Below, in pieces: positions 1 through 15,070 of a DNA stretch of 64,000 nt. The DNA is taken from the NCBI GenBank assembly GCA_964016885.1, contig OZ024755.1:28210001-28274000 (forward strand), in the 5' to 3' direction. The notes below the pieces were generated by a model, which did not search any database, had not been told where the DNA came from, and saw nothing but the letters and a program-made list of their open reading frames with translations. Position numbers and translations under genes: made by a program. Source of the stretch: Eledone cirrhosa (lineage: Eukaryota). Every line of letters starts with the position of its first letter. The stretch's first letter is position 1.

Positions 1-178
1 CGCTGCTTTCACCCTTAACGGGATCTTCTGAAACTCAGAAGACCCCGTTAAGGGTGAAAACAGCGATTCTTTGCTTAAACTTTAATCTGTTATTTTAATA
101 AATATTTGCTCTACGGTTCTTATATATCTGATATATATTTATCCTTATCGAGCCCTCTTTGGATTTTAGTCTTCAAAT
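1..178. mobile_element. Fold-back element family B (putative Penelope-like terminus), cut by window start
   Basis: Palindrome centred ~30-36 (tttcacccttaacgggatcttctg / cagaagaccccgttaagggtgaaa). Near-identical inverted copy at 51870-52075, remnant at 2781-2820, diverged copy at 4201-4340. Confidence 0.7.
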
Positions 179-1834
179 TTATTATTATTATTATACACAC
201 ACACACACAGACACACACATATATATGTCCAATCCATATCGATTCACATATATATAACTGAGTAGCTTCCGATTCCAGAGTCAGGTTCGATCATTAATAG
301 ATCGCTCCTCGAGCTGATCGACAGTGAAACATATGTAATATGTAATTAAATATGTATATGATGTAACACTGACTCTTTCTTCCTTTATATATTAATATTA
401 TATATATATATATATGGTGAAATTAACGTATAAGACGCAAGTTGGTGGTAAGGTCAACGAAGTACTATGTGTGATAGGCCTGGAGATTTGAAATGCTCTT
501 CCAATTCCTAAGTCAACAGAATAAGAATAGTCGAGCACACAAGCGGTCTGATACTTATTGACCAAACAAATGTGAAAGGCGAAATGACTTCAAAGTTATT
601 GAATTCAGAGTATAAGACAATAAACACCGCAAGTGTGATATCAAACGGCCATTTTTAGATAGTGTGTGTGTGAGGTTTTTGTTTATGTGTGCATGTATGT
701 ATGTATGTATGTATGTATGTACATATATAAAACATGAAAAAAAGTCGGAGGAATTGGTGGCACAAGTCTCACACAATAGAAATAATTCTTCGACTGTCCA
801 GCCAATTCCATTAGATTAGTAAATGTGAAGTACTAAAGTAGATTTATTTCATATTGGGACTCAGGTATAAATCACGTATCAGCTTACATAAATACAAATA
901 AAGATTGATTGGCAGAGAGTTTTGACTAAGATTTTTTCCAATCCATATCGATTCACAATAATCATAAGCATAGAAAAAACTGCCCCTGCACCTCAGATTT
1001 AAGAAATAATTAATTTCTTCTGCAGATACTGTACTGATATGAAAACCCCAAATGGCAAAATGCTCCCGCATCAAAGACGATGAAACTGTAGAATACTATC
1101 TACCTATAATATGGTCGACACTGAAAAATCTAAAATGCTGCCTTATACTGCATTTTTTATTCTTTCCATTACTTGTTTTAAAACCAAATTTTTATATAAA
1201 ATACTTCATCTGGTTTAACATGATTTACATAATTTAAATGTATTTGCAAGAGTAGCTAAAACCTTCCGTATACTAATCAGTATTACACTGTCCCCTTTTT
1301 AAAAGACAGACTCTGTGATTTGTAAATGGGAAAAAAACTTTTGAAATGAAATTATGTACAGAATAGATGTACGATACACAGATTATAAAAGGCCTTATAA
1401 AATGTAATTTATGTAAGGTAATAGCATTCGAAATGTATTTGGTGCTGTTCTGGAGAAAACTTCACCTCCGATATTATATAGTTCTGTTACAAATGGATAT
1501 GTATATTACTGCCGTGGTATACACTGCCAAATATATTAATGAAAATTTGAATTTCTAGATGTCTTCTTAAAACCCCCCCAAAAATATATATATTTGCCAT
1601 GAAGTCAAGCAAATTCCTGAATTAGTGGGCTTCGATTTACAAATTATAAAACGTTTCTACAGGGGAAATACAATTTAGAATTTAAGCTCCTTCTAACACG
1701 TCAAATAAAGTCACACTTCCTACAAAAATAAATCATCGTATGTAGGCTACACACAACGTGTCTCAAAAATTACAAATACGAAATATGAAACAGAGTTCAT
1801 TTCCAGTTGCAAATTTACACATCAACAGTGCGAC

Positions 1835-2275
1835 ATCCTACTTACATCCTACCAGTTGTGTAATATGGTCTTGACTGTGTTAATTGGACGACAAGGTCAC
1901 TTCAGAAGCTCTCTACATTCCAGAACCACATCATGAGACTTATGACTGGCAAGCGGCTCAGCGACCGTATCTGTATCAGTGAGCTGCTAAACATTACCAA
2001 AGTTAGACCAATTACATCAATTGTCAAGTGAAGAGTACTCAAACTATATGGCCATATAAAAAGATCAACTCGTGGTGTGAGTAGGTTATGCCTGGAAGGA
2101 AGGTTGGCTGGTAAGAGAAGCAAAGGCCGGCAGCTAAAACGATGGCTTGATAATGTCGACCTATGGACTGGACTTGATCTTTGCTCTTTGAATTCTGCTG
2201 TTGGTGATCGAACTTTGTGGAGAAAAAAATCTCATGTTGATGCGCAGTCTGCAGCTGGCGGTGCTTAGCGTCAAA
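1835..2275 (+). mobile_element. RTE-like LINE 3' fragment
   Basis: Translates LQKLSTFQNHIMRLMTGKRLSDRI...LKLYGHIKRS...LEGRLAGKRSKGRQLKRWLDNV...DRTLWRK with a stop, typical of an RTE/CR1-group ORF2 C-terminus. Same family at 50060-50680. Confidence 0.8.
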
Positions 2276-2844
2276 TAAATGCGACATATTTCGACACTGT
2301 GACAACAGTGGGGTCTCCATGAAATCCTTGTTGAAGACATGCTATCATCACAGAAAAAAACATCGCCTTATGCTCAATAGTTTATCTGTGAAATTTGAAG
2401 GCAAAGAGCATCAACCGAATATATATATATATAAACATGTGTGTGAGATTGTGTGGAGTGTGTGGCGTAGGATGTGCACGTGGCGTGTGTGGCTGTGTGT
2501 GCTAGTGAGACTATTTGAGTATAATTAGTTATTTATAAAGGGAAATGTGTTTATATGTATAAATAGGCAATTATACAGTAAATATTGGTGATATCGATTT
2601 TCTGTGTTTTTCAGAGAATGTTATAAGCGTAGCACCGATGCAGTGCAGACAGACAGGCAACACATAATAGTTCTATATTCGTAGTTTCTATTCGGATAAT
2701 CCAATTGTGCAGCTGAACACTAGAACACGTTATGTAGAGGAAAGTCTTCCTTCAGAGTTTGTTATACACACATACGCATGAATCGTTGCTTTCACCTTTG
2801 GATTTTAGTCTTCAAATTTATTATTATTATTACTATATATATAG

Positions 2845-3035
2845 TGTGGTGGATTGGCAGTATTGGGAGAGGGTCGGACGCGATGCTTTGACGTATAGAG
2901 TTACGGCCCTTGCCATTCTGAGTTCAAATCCCGCCGAGGTTGACTTTGCCTTTCATCCTTACGGGGTCGATAAAATAAAGTACCAGTGAGGCACTGGCTA
3001 GTTGCTGGCCTTGTGCCTAAAGTAGAAACAATTAT
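2845..3035 (+). mobile_element. SINE family 1 (core gagttcaaatcccgccgaggttaactttgcctttcatccttacggggtcgataaaataaagtaccag)
   Basis: B-box-like GAGTTCAAATCC and about 20 similar copies in the window. Resembles octopus SINEs (from memory, not searched). Confidence 0.85.
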
Positions 3036-3077
<42 letters not shown>

Positions 3078-3078
3078 G

Positions 3079-3129
3079 AGATTCTACAGGACTAGAACTG
3101 TTTCATTCATTAGAAATCATCAGGAATCT
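3079..3129 (-). ncRNA. Type-I hammerhead ribozyme motif (family G)
   Basis: Minus strand AGATTC-CTGATGA-tttctaatgaat-GAAAC-AG ttctagtc CT-GTA-GAATCT. Intact core, perfect 6-bp stem I, stem III ACAG/CTGT, GUA triplet. Ends on (TA)n. Confidence 0.8.
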
Positions 3130-3657
3130 GGGTATCAAAAAATAAATATGGTATTTATAGGTCTCTACAAGTGGTAGGAGAGGGTGGGGAGTGGGATGGG
3201 TGCAGGTCATTGGTTGATAGAAAAGGGAATTCATTAAAAGCTAATTCTACAAAGCTATAGTTAATTTTTATTTTTATTTATATTTATTTATGTTTTTAGA
3301 GTAACAAAGGCAGACAGAATTCTATAAACAGGTTCCGGATGGCATACCATTCCTTGTCAATAAGTTTCTCTTAAGCTAACAGATGTCTATAAAATCAGTG
3401 GGGGGTCAGTCATGCTCGATAGAATTAAAGAAAAGGGAGATTCTTTAAAAGCTAAAGTCATTAAGGTTCTACTAAGTGACAAAGGTCTAGAGAATTCTGC
3501 AGACAGATTCAAAATACTGAGTGCATATCTTACTATTATCTTCGAACTTCTCTTAAACTAATCAACAATATGCCAAAATCAACAGACACATTCACAAAAA
3601 AACAAAAAAACAAAAAAAAACAAAAAAACAGAAAAACAAAAAAACACACATAAAAAA

Positions 3658-3747
<90 letters not shown>

Positions 3748-3749
<2 letters not shown>

Positions 3750-3882
3750 CGAAGGAGTTGTGGTAAGGAACCAGATGGACCATAACGCACCAGGTACTGA
3801 ATACTTAGGGTAGTAGTGGGTAATAGGAAAATGTATGACCCCGACGGCAGAGCTCAAGCCGTTGGGGTCATACATTTTCCTA
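3748..3882. mobile_element. Fold-back element family A in (TA)n
   Basis: aacgaagg...ggaaaatgtatgacccc ... ggggtcatacattttcc, with (TA)n on both sides. About 10 copies in the window. Confidence 0.8.
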
Positions 3883-3919
3883 TATATATATGTATATATA
3901 TATGTGTGTGTGTGTGTGT

Positions 3920-4131
3920 ACTGAAGTAAAAGTTAAATGGAAATATTCAAGAGTAAGAGCACTCAGTCCATTGGACGAGTTTAGTATAAATAATTACAAC
4001 AATGACATAGACAGTTACTCAAGTTTCGTTGGATTCTGGACCCCAATTTCTTCAACCTTCTCATGACAGGCTGAAGAAATTGGGGCCCAGAACTCAACGA
4101 AACTTGAGTACCTGTCTGTCACTGTTGTAAT
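3920..4131. mobile_element. Fold-back element family C
   Basis: Inverted arms ~3990-4058 and ~4068-4133 plus a ~70 nt unpaired extension. Flanked by (TG)n and (TA)n. Confidence 0.75.
4065..4116 (+). ncRNA. Minimal type-I hammerhead ribozyme motif (family C)
   Basis: GACAGG-CTGAAGA-aattggggcccagaactcaac-GAAAC-ttga-GTA-CCTGTC. Perfect stem I, intact core, near-palindromic short stem III as in Penelope minimal hammerheads. Confidence 0.8.
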
Positions 4132-4543
4132 TATATATATATATATATATATATATGCATACATACAAATATATATATGTATAGGTATAGTAATATAAAT
4201 ACAATGACCAAAATCCGAAGAGGGTTCGATAAAGATTGTATAAAAAAATATCTAAAGCCATAGAGAAAATAGCTATTATTTGTGCAGATGAAAGTTTAAA
4301 CAAAAGAATTCTGCTTTCACCCTAAAGGGGTTCTTTTGAAACTGAAAAAAAATCAATCTGTAGACGTAGAAGTAAATATTTCAAAGAACGTTACAACCGA
4401 TGGAAAACAGGAAGACGTATTTCGGCTCGTGAAGAGTTTCTCTGGTGATGGGCGAATATATGCAAGGATAATTACGACATTATGTGGAGCGAGAATTTCT
4501 TGCTGTGGAAAAGATATATTTTTGCTATGGAAAAATCAGGAGA

Positions 4544-4593
<50 letters not shown>

Positions 4594-4596
<3 letters not shown>

Positions 4597-4695
4597 CGAA
4601 GGAAATGTGGTAAGGTAAGGAAACAGGTGGACCATTTTTAGTCCAGAATTAGCCGTCGAAACGGCTTGAGCTCAGCCGTCGGAGTCCTACTCGTT

Positions 4696-4700
<5 letters not shown>
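4594..4700. mobile_element. Fold-back element family A (short)
   Basis: Family A tail end joined to the opposite-orientation arm agtccagaattagccgtcgaaacggc...gttcc. (TA)n flanks. Confidence 0.75.
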
Positions 4701-4772
<72 letters not shown>

Positions 4773-5227
4773 GCGTTTATAGAATAGCCCAATGGTTTCC
4801 AGCTACCATGTATGGAAAATGATTTAAATAAAAGTAAAATGATTAAACGAAAACACTGACGGTACTAATAATGGTAAAAGTAATAATAATGACGAGAACA
4901 TTAATAGTAGTGTTATAGGATTTAGGTCCATGCATAAGTATGCGCTGACTGGTGTGGAAGTATGCGTAAACCAAGATATAGTGTAAAAAAACATGTATAC
5001 ATATACATATACATAAACATGTATACATATACATATGTACATGTGTGCATGTATAAATGTAATGCGAACGTGCGTTTGCATGTTCTCGCACAAATGTATA
5101 CGTACACATACATATATGCATATAATATAAACACACGCGTGCATATACACACGCATAGCTATTGAATAAGTGTATACGCATACATGTGCACACGTCTATT
5201 TACAAAGAATGTGCACACACACACACA

Positions 5228-5337
<110 letters not shown>

Positions 5338-5345
5338 CATATATA

Positions 5346-5490
5346 CAATAAAAAGACGGTGGTAAGATACAAGGTGGACCATAACGCAGCAGAGTACTCG
5401 ATACTTGGGTTAGTAGAGTGGGTAATATGAAAGAATCTAGCTGTCGAAACGGCCGGAGCTCAGCCGTCGGGGTCCTGAATCTTTTCATAT
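5346..5490. mobile_element. Family A, diverged subfamily
   Basis: gtggtaag...ggaccataacgca...agtagagtgggtaata followed by gtcgaaacggccggagctcagccgtcggggtc. Confidence 0.7.
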
Positions 5491-5561
5491 ATAACCAAAA
5501 GCTCAAAGATTCTAAGGGATAGATCCGAGCATTTATTAGCATTCAATTAAACATATAGATT

Positions 5562-5690
<129 letters not shown>

Positions 5691-5693
5691 TTT

Positions 5694-5855
5694 CTAGGGC
5701 GGGTAAAATTCCCGAGATCCATGGACGAGTTCTCTCCAGCGGTCTCTGTCCCTCATTATCACTGCCATGTCCTGCGTCTCCAACAGACAAGTGTCTGTCC
5801 TTAGGGCATCAACATATGTTAACCTTGGTCTTCCACTTCCAGTGTGTCCATGTAT
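5694..5855 (-). mobile_element. RTE-like LINE 3' end
   Basis: Reverse complement closely matches 18929-19089 ([11 protein letters not shown]...RDRDRWR). Sits between microsatellites. Confidence 0.85.
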
Positions 5856-5856
5856 G

Positions 5857-5895
<39 letters not shown>

Positions 5896-5940
5896 CAAAC
5901 AATCACAGAGGATACTTTGTAAAGAGTGTAAACACACACG

Positions 5941-6026
<86 letters not shown>

Positions 6027-6426
6027 CACATACATGCGTTTGTGTGTTTACATTTTCTTGTGCTTGTCTGTCTGAGACTATGTTCACTCTATGATATTTA
6101 TCTGCATTCTCCCTCATTCTATCTCTCTATCGTCCTTCGAGTGTTGCTACCATTTGCACGTGAGCAGACGATTCTCTGACATACAGGAATGGAAAACCCA
6201 ACATAGTTTCGTCTGCAGCTTACTCCTATTATATATTTGGTGATTTCCAAATAAATAATGAATGTAGCATTCGCAGATTCCTAGCCACTCTTTAAACATG
6301 TAGATAGTGTGCAGTGAGGCAGCTTTGTGTCTGTCTGTTTGTCTTATTTGCTGCATGTCACGTGTTCACATATAACCTATTTTAATGCACATAAAAGCAC
6401 ACCCTGCTGTGTGTCTATATCTATAT

Positions 6427-6481
<55 letters not shown>

Positions 6482-6569
6482 AACCGCACACATATTACAA
6501 ATAAACGCATACATATGGCTATTTTTGTGTGGATGTCTATGAATATAACACGCTAAAATATAAACACTT

Positions 6570-6598
6570 GTGCATACAGACATATATATATTTATATA

Positions 6599-6643
<45 letters not shown>

Positions 6644-6703
6644 ATGTATATATTATATATATGTCTGTATGTATATATGTATATATATATATGTATGTAT
6701 ATA

Positions 6704-6787
<84 letters not shown>

Positions 6788-7212
6788 TACATACACACAC
6801 ATATATATATACACACATATAAACATATATACATACACCTATATATATATATATACACATATATATATATATATACACATATATACATACACACACATAT
6901 ATATATACATATATACATACACACATATACATACACACATATATATATATATACATACACACATATATATACATACACACATATATATATATATACACAC
7001 ATATATATATACATATATACATACACATATATACATACACACACATATATATATACACAAACACATATATATATATGTATACACACATATATATATAAAT
7101 ATACATATATACACATATATATATATATACATATATACATATATATACACACACATATATATATATATAGATATATACACACACATATACACATATATAC
7201 ACACACACACAT

Positions 7213-7247
<35 letters not shown>

Positions 7248-7250
7248 CAT
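6570..7250. repeat. Compound (TA)n/(CA)n microsatellite field
   Basis: Direct inspection. Source of the long YIYI/HTHT pseudo-ORFs. Confidence 0.95.
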
Positions 7251-7911
7251 TATTCACACTTATCTATATCACATGTATGGAACTATCATCAAATAATCAT
7301 TTACATTATTTTACATTTTAAAATGCATGTATATATTTCAGATTACTTGTACGTCTTTAGGGACCTACGTGTATTTTATGTCTACTTGTATGTACTTGTG
7401 TATGTGAGTGTGTGGGTTGAGTATGTGTGTTTATCTTCTGTATTTTATTTATTTATACTCCTAAGCTGCACATTCCCAACAAAATAAAATATCAACCGAT
7501 TCACTTAGATTCTCAATATTAATAATATGATATCAATCATATGAATATAGCGCTTAATCTATATTTCAGTAATAACATCACGCCTCAGCCAGTATCCCTC
7601 GGTATTTCACGTTATATCGTCATCAGGTGACCTACTCTCTCAGAGCGCAGGCGCCCGTATTCTTCCAATGTAATGCAATGAGTGTGCATGTCTTAGAGGA
7701 ACGTGATATTCTGTGTTGTTTTCCGTGACCTTGGTACGACACAGTACAGCTGATCCTGGGAGAGAGAGAGAGAGTTTGTAATCGAGATGGAGTGAAAGAG
7801 ATGGACCATCATACAATCATACAAAGTAAAGCGCAGGAAGATTGTTTTAACGAACTCCTTAATGTTACATCTCCCAGCCCCCAGAGTTAACCACAATTCA
7901 TCAGATAAATA

Positions 7912-8065
7912 ACTGTTTCTATTTTAGGCACAAGGCCGCAATTACCCAGTACATTACTGGTACTTTATTTTATCGACCCCGTAAGGATGAAAGGCAAAGT
8001 TAACCTCGGCGGGATTTGAACTCAGAATGGCAAGGGCCGTAACTCTATGCGTCAAAGCATGGTGT
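7912..8065 (-). mobile_element. SINE family 1
   Basis: Reverse complement of the core, head-to-head with the next copy. Confidence 0.85.
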
Positions 8066-8089
8066 CCAACTGTATTTCTATACGATATA

Positions 8090-8285
8090 ATAGGGCGGTG
8101 GCTTGGCAGTATCGTTAGAGGGACGGACGCCATGCTTTGCAGCATAGTTACGGCCCTTTACGTTCTGAGTTCAAATCCCGCCGATGTTAACTTTGTATTT
8201 CCTACTTACGGGCTCGATAAAATAAAGTACCAGTAATGCACTGAGTATTTGCCGGCCTTGTGCCAAAAGTAGAAACAAATATTAT
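8090..8285 (+). mobile_element. SINE family 1
   Basis: Core match plus tail ggccttgtgccaaaagtagaaac. Confidence 0.85.
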
Positions 8286-9062
8286 AAGATATATATGTGT
8301 GTGGTTGTATCGGTCTCACTCTCCCAACTCTCTCTTTCCTTCTCTCTCTATCTCTTTCCCTCTCCCTCTCTATCTCTCTCCCTCTATGTATGCATGTCTC
8401 ATGTATAACATACTAAGCAGCGTGCAGGTTCATATGGATATGTTTGTCTCTTCGTATCCATGATTATATTTTCCGGTGTAAACCCAGTCGAGTTGTGTCT
8501 TTTTCTATCAAAGCAAAATATCGAGACTCGACACGCAACTGATGGTATTAAAGACTTGGTTACATATTATCAGCTAAAACTAACAAAGGGGCTGTTCCTT
8601 CATTCCAGCACTCAACGGATTAAAGCTTGTACAATGGAAAGACAAAATGAGGAAATGAAAATATATATAACCCCTATTGATTTTCAATTAAACTCTATCC
8701 ATAATTTATGAAAAATCTTATCTCGCGTAAAGATATATATATATGTATATATATATGACTGAAATAAGTGTCGATCTTTATAAATGATATTTGAAAAACC
8801 AGGTCAGGGATATTGGTATACGGAAATCTCTTTGACAGAGGCGCCGATCATATCTATATAAATATCAAAAACCTTTTTTTTATATTTCGTTTTGTATGTA
8901 TGTATATATTAGGTGGGTTTTCTTGGTGTCACATTTTATAACAAGGGTGTTTAACTCTGGACTTAAGGTTTGTTTTTAACATTTGAGCCATTGAGTGCTC
9001 TCTGATTGCCTCAAAACAAATTGAAATGTACTTGCTGTACTGTAGCTAAAGTTCGATTTACA

Positions 9063-9115
<53 letters not shown>

Positions 9116-9994
9116 TATATATATCCGAATTGAATATTAAGATCAAGTATTGTTGCAGTGTGTCAGATGGGGGTGGCTGCGATATATTTTTGAAATTTGG
9201 ATACATATGATATTTTATGTTCTGAGATGTATCGACACTGCTTTTCAATTATTTTTGGGGTAGAAACCAATCACTAGGCAATAGATTTAATTAATTATAA
9301 ACTACGACTAAATTCATTACGTTGCGCTAATCCTGAAAATCGTTATTTATCGACATTGGCTAACATGTATTGGACTGGCAGATACGATAGATTGTGAGAC
9401 AAATTATCGCAAACATTTAGTCATGTACTACCTTTAGAGTTCTGAGTTTAACATAAAAGGAAGAAGGTTTTATTTCTTTCATCGATCACGTCAAAATATT
9501 TGTACCTGTTAAATATTGGAGATTTAAAGAAAAGATATACTAAAGAGCTATGCACTATCCGAAGTGGCATTGTGTTGTAAGCCGTACTCATATGCGATTA
9601 ACACATCATTTTATTTCCCATTCACCCCTCTCTCTCTCTAAAAGATATATGAACTTATGTGTCTGTGTTCTTGTAAGTGTGATAGTTTAACACTATAATA
9701 CGAAATCGTAAGTTATTCTGGGGAATGATTTTCCCTTTACTAATCAAGTTAGTTACTGATGCAACTTGGAGGGTTACTAGTAATACGCAGGGGAAGTCGA
9801 TCATATACAGGATAGATAGTTATTCCATTGGTTCAGCACTGGATAATGGCTATTACTCATCCTGGTCAGAGAACAAATTCTGAAACTATATAGTGTGTTT
9901 GATGTAACTGAAACTTTCCTAATGTCTCTTGAATCTATTATGTATATTAGTAGAGTATGAATATGTAAATATTATGGGGAAAGCAATCAGATTT

Positions 9995-10720
<726 letters not shown>

Positions 10721-11536
10721 ATAGATACCAAATAATATTTACATATATTAACAACAAAATAATGTTTCATATTGGTTGTTCTCGGTGTTTAGCAACAAGC
10801 TAGGTTCGCGGTAGAATTAATTCTATAGTAAATGCATAAAAAATCAAAATAATCGAAGTCAAACTTAAAAGCAGTGAAGATAGTCCAACCAATGAAATAG
10901 TTCCAAATTTGAATATGGATTCTTTGGTTGCTGAAATCGCATGCGATGCTCACCGATATTGCACTGAAATCAATACAATGAGAATTACTAAATAGCATGC
11001 TTTCATAGAGAGAGGGATTCAGTTTCCTACATCTAATATTTGTCCCAATTTTGTTCTGACTCATCCAGTTTCCTATCAGTAAGATGATGATCTAAACTAT
11101 CATGGGACATAAAATCATAGCAGAAAGAAAAACATTGGATCCGACCACACTTGTACGTCTGGATGAAGGCAGCTGAATAACAGACGAATAATATATTGTG
11201 TAAATGTTATAGTATATGCGTTAAAACAAAATCTTTACATATATGGTCGCCTGTATGTGTGAGAGTGTATATCTTCTTGTGTGTTTCTGTGCATGAGTGG
11301 TATGCATGACTTTACTGGTCTACTTTGTGCATTGTGTGCCCTCATGCTCTTTTATTGACTGTAAACTGTATACATATATATAATCCGAATTAACTAAGAT
11401 CAAGGATTGCTGCAGTTTGTCAGAAGAGAGGGAGGCAAAATGTTTTTGAGATTTGGATACATATAATCCTTTAAGTTCTGAGATGCAAATGCGGGTTAGC
11501 ATGTATGTGTTTGTGAGTGTGTGTGTGTCTAATGGT

Positions 11537-11589
<53 letters not shown>

Positions 11590-11591
<2 letters not shown>

Positions 11592-11770
11592 CGAAGGAAA
11601 TGTGGTAAGGAACCAGGTGGACCATAACGCACCAAAGTACTCGATACTTGAGGTAGTAGAGTGGGTAATAGGAACCAGTAAGACCCCGACAGCTGAGCTC
11701 AAGCCGTTTCGACGGCTAATGAATTAGCCGTCGAAACGGCTTGAGCTCAGCTGTCGGGGTCTTACTGGTT

Positions 11771-11775
<5 letters not shown>
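11590..11775. mobile_element. Fold-back element family A (perfect palindrome, probably young)
   Basis: Perfect arms ~11669-11720 and ~11723-11774 plus an ~80 nt extension 11591-11668. Long (TA)n on both sides. Confidence 0.85.
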
Positions 11776-11864
<89 letters not shown>

Positions 11865-12021
11865 GGTTTGAGGTTCACCACTGGATAGAGCTGGTCAATT
11901 CCGTATGGTCAATTCATACGGAACCCGGACATTGAAATGATCATAGTATAATAAACCTTTCAAGGATTTACACAAATCCAGCCTCCTGTCATTTCATTAT
12001 ATATATATATATAGAGAGAGA

Positions 12022-12363
<342 letters not shown>

Positions 12364-12376
12364 TATATAGATATAT

Positions 12377-12580
12377 AGGAAAAGATTCAGGAATCCCAAC
12401 ATCTGAGCTCCAGCTCTTTTGACAGCTAGATCCAAACTAAGTTCGGATCTAGCTGTCCAAACGGCCAGAGGTCAGCCGTTGGGGTCCTGGCTCTTTTCCT
12501 ACAACCCACTCTACTACCCTAAGTATCTAGTACTCTGGTGCGTAATGGTCCACCTGGTTTTTACCACACTTTCTTTGTTT
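12377..12580. mobile_element. Family A, diverged subfamily
   Basis: Imperfect palindrome around gctagatcc/ggatctagc, with tail acccactctactaccctaag...ccacactttctttgtt. Confidence 0.7.
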
Positions 12581-13100
12581 TATATATATATATATATATA
12601 TGCAAGTGGAAGCTTAGTAAAATCGAAGGTTTGACTGTGGGCAAGCAAAGTCGACCTACAATAGGAAGGAGTTAGCAAAGCATTCAATAAGGGTAGGTCC
12701 TTAGAGTAATAACATACGTTTCAATAGGCAAAACCAGTACCAAGGCGTCTGCAGAGTAATGTATGTATGCATGTAATTATTTACGTATGCATTTAGCAAG
12801 GGTTGGATAGCATAAGAAACGGATACGTACACATGTATATAGAACCCTGTATATAGAAACCTGTATATTTGCAAAATAATTTCACAGCAACCGTTCCTCT
12901 TAGATTTACGAACCTTGCTTAAGGTCAGCATTCCGTAAGATACAAAGAAATAGATTATGTTCTTTGTAATGTCAATTATGGTATGAAGAATTCATTTAAT
13001 TAATGGGTTTTAAACATTCCTTTTAAACTCAGCTATCTATTATTTCACCGTCTCTCTTATTCGATATTCCTCTTTCTCACCCTCACTCTTTCTCTCTCTC

Positions 13101-13182
<82 letters not shown>

Positions 13183-13220
13183 CATACATATAGATAAGTT
13201 ATTCCGGGTTGAATCGGAGG

Positions 13221-13255
<35 letters not shown>

Positions 13256-13256
13256 G

Positions 13257-13288
<32 letters not shown>

Positions 13289-13300
13289 ATATATATACAT

Positions 13301-13331
<31 letters not shown>

Positions 13332-13373
13332 CACGTATATACACACACACATATATATATATACACACACATA

Positions 13374-13430
<57 letters not shown>

Positions 13431-13434
<4 letters not shown>

Positions 13435-13857
13435 GATAACAAAATATCGTTATAGGTAATCCAGTTAGAGGTTATGAATACTTCTTATTATGGATAGTTT
13501 TAGGGTACGGCTTTGTTTCGACTCAACAAGAGGTTTACGTAGATGACGAGTTCATGATTTTACTTGTATTCCTACGTAAGTTTATTTTGGAGTAATTATA
13601 TTGAAAAAATGTGAAGAATAACATGATCAACAATACAAAAAAAGGGGAATTTATTTACAGTCTATCAATTGTTTATCTGATTGAGTTGTCTAAAAATTGC
13701 TGAACACTAGGAGCAGTGTCACTCAATTTAAAATACAATGCTAGCTCAATCATGTCATCAGAAACATTTAGACAACTCAATCAGAGAAACAATTGTTAAA
13801 CTGTAAATAAATTCCCCCTTTTTGTACTGTTGACCATGTTATGCTTCACATTCTTTC

Positions 13858-13860
<3 letters not shown>
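13431..13860. mobile_element. Fold-back element family D with a degenerate long-stem-II hammerhead
   Basis: Inverted arms ~13599-13694 and ~13767-13860, ~165 nt extension, (TA)n on both sides. Minus-strand CTGATGA at 13761-13755. Confidence 0.75.
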
Positions 13861-13918
<58 letters not shown>

Positions 13919-14234
13919 GTGGGTGTCTGTGTTTGAGTACTTGAGTGTGATTTTGTGTTTCTACTAATTTATTTCCTTTAAGTAGTTTACTATGAAATTT
14001 AAACTATTTATTCCTATCACGAACTATTGCTATTCATTGACCTTTCATCATTAGAATTTTCCAGCAAGAAAAGACCAGATGTATTGTCTTCATTAAGTAA
14101 CAAAACAGTATTTTCACGTTCATGCTCTTTCGATGAATTTTCATGAAAGCGAAATATATTTCAGAAACTGTAATTTATTACTCTTTGCATTATATTTGCA
14201 TTATAAGTTGATTGTTGATCGTTGAATTAAAAGG

Positions 14235-14533
14235 TCCTCGCACCAACCAGCAGCTAGTCTCTTCTACCATCTGCAAGCGACGCCTGGGCTGGTTTGGGTC
14301 ACTATTTGACACTTCCCCCGGAGAAACTGGCCAACCAAGTACTTAAATGGAGCCCGCAGGGAAGCAGACGGAGAGGGCGACCCAAAATGAACTGGCGCCA
14401 GACAGTTGAGAGGGACCTGCGAGCGACAAACAGACAATGGCGGGACGCTGTGCAACTTGCTGCTGACCGAACGCGGTGGAACACTATGATTGCCTCATGC
14501 GTCGCAAGACGCGGGAGCTTCTGAGTCTGAGTG
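14235..14533 (+). mobile_element. RTE LINE 3' end
   Basis: RRLGWFG...LANQVLKWSPQGSRRRGRPKMNWRQTVERDL...AADRTRW, with short tandem tail ctgagtctgagt. Confidence 0.85.
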
Positions 14534-14689
14534 AGCCCTTCATTCCCACTAACTCTATGATGAGATCGAAAGCCACCGAAATAATAATTACTTACCCCAA
14601 TTCAAGGTAGATCAATAGAATACCACAACAGTACAGACCATCGATTATTTATACGCCCTTTCTCTTTTTCTCTCTGCATACGCGTGAGA

Positions 14690-14732
<43 letters not shown>

Positions 14733-15023
14733 TAAATTTAGTCCTTCATCAGTGATCTTCCAACCTTCATTGGTATTTCATCGCTTTAAAGACCATATAC
14801 CTCCGGTTGGTGCGAGCAACGGCTAAAGAAAGTCTTTGGGACACGTAAATAAGGGGAACGAGCGAGACTGTAAATAATGAAAGATGGTAATGCAACGAAA
14901 AGTGAGGAAGAAGGAGTCAAGTCCCTGAAATCGATGAATATAAGTTCTGTGAAATCGTGGACGAGAGAGAATAAAGATCATCAAACCTGGTCGAAATGTG
15001 AGCAAGGAAAGAATTTCGCACAC

Positions 15024-15070
<47 letters not shown>

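Noticed and set aside
3130-3560. SECIS element upstream of the family G hammerhead
   Set aside because: No convincing AUGA/AA/GA kink-turn stem could be folded by eye.
6529-7487. Long ORFs of 200-300 aa (also ~29124-29969, 53241-54648 and 56818-57466)
   Set aside because: These are translations of (TA)n/(CA)n/(GA)n microsatellites, which lack stop codons by composition.
14877-15020. Host coding exon (also 16543-16652)
   Set aside because: Short, with no recognisable domain and no consistent splice-site pair.
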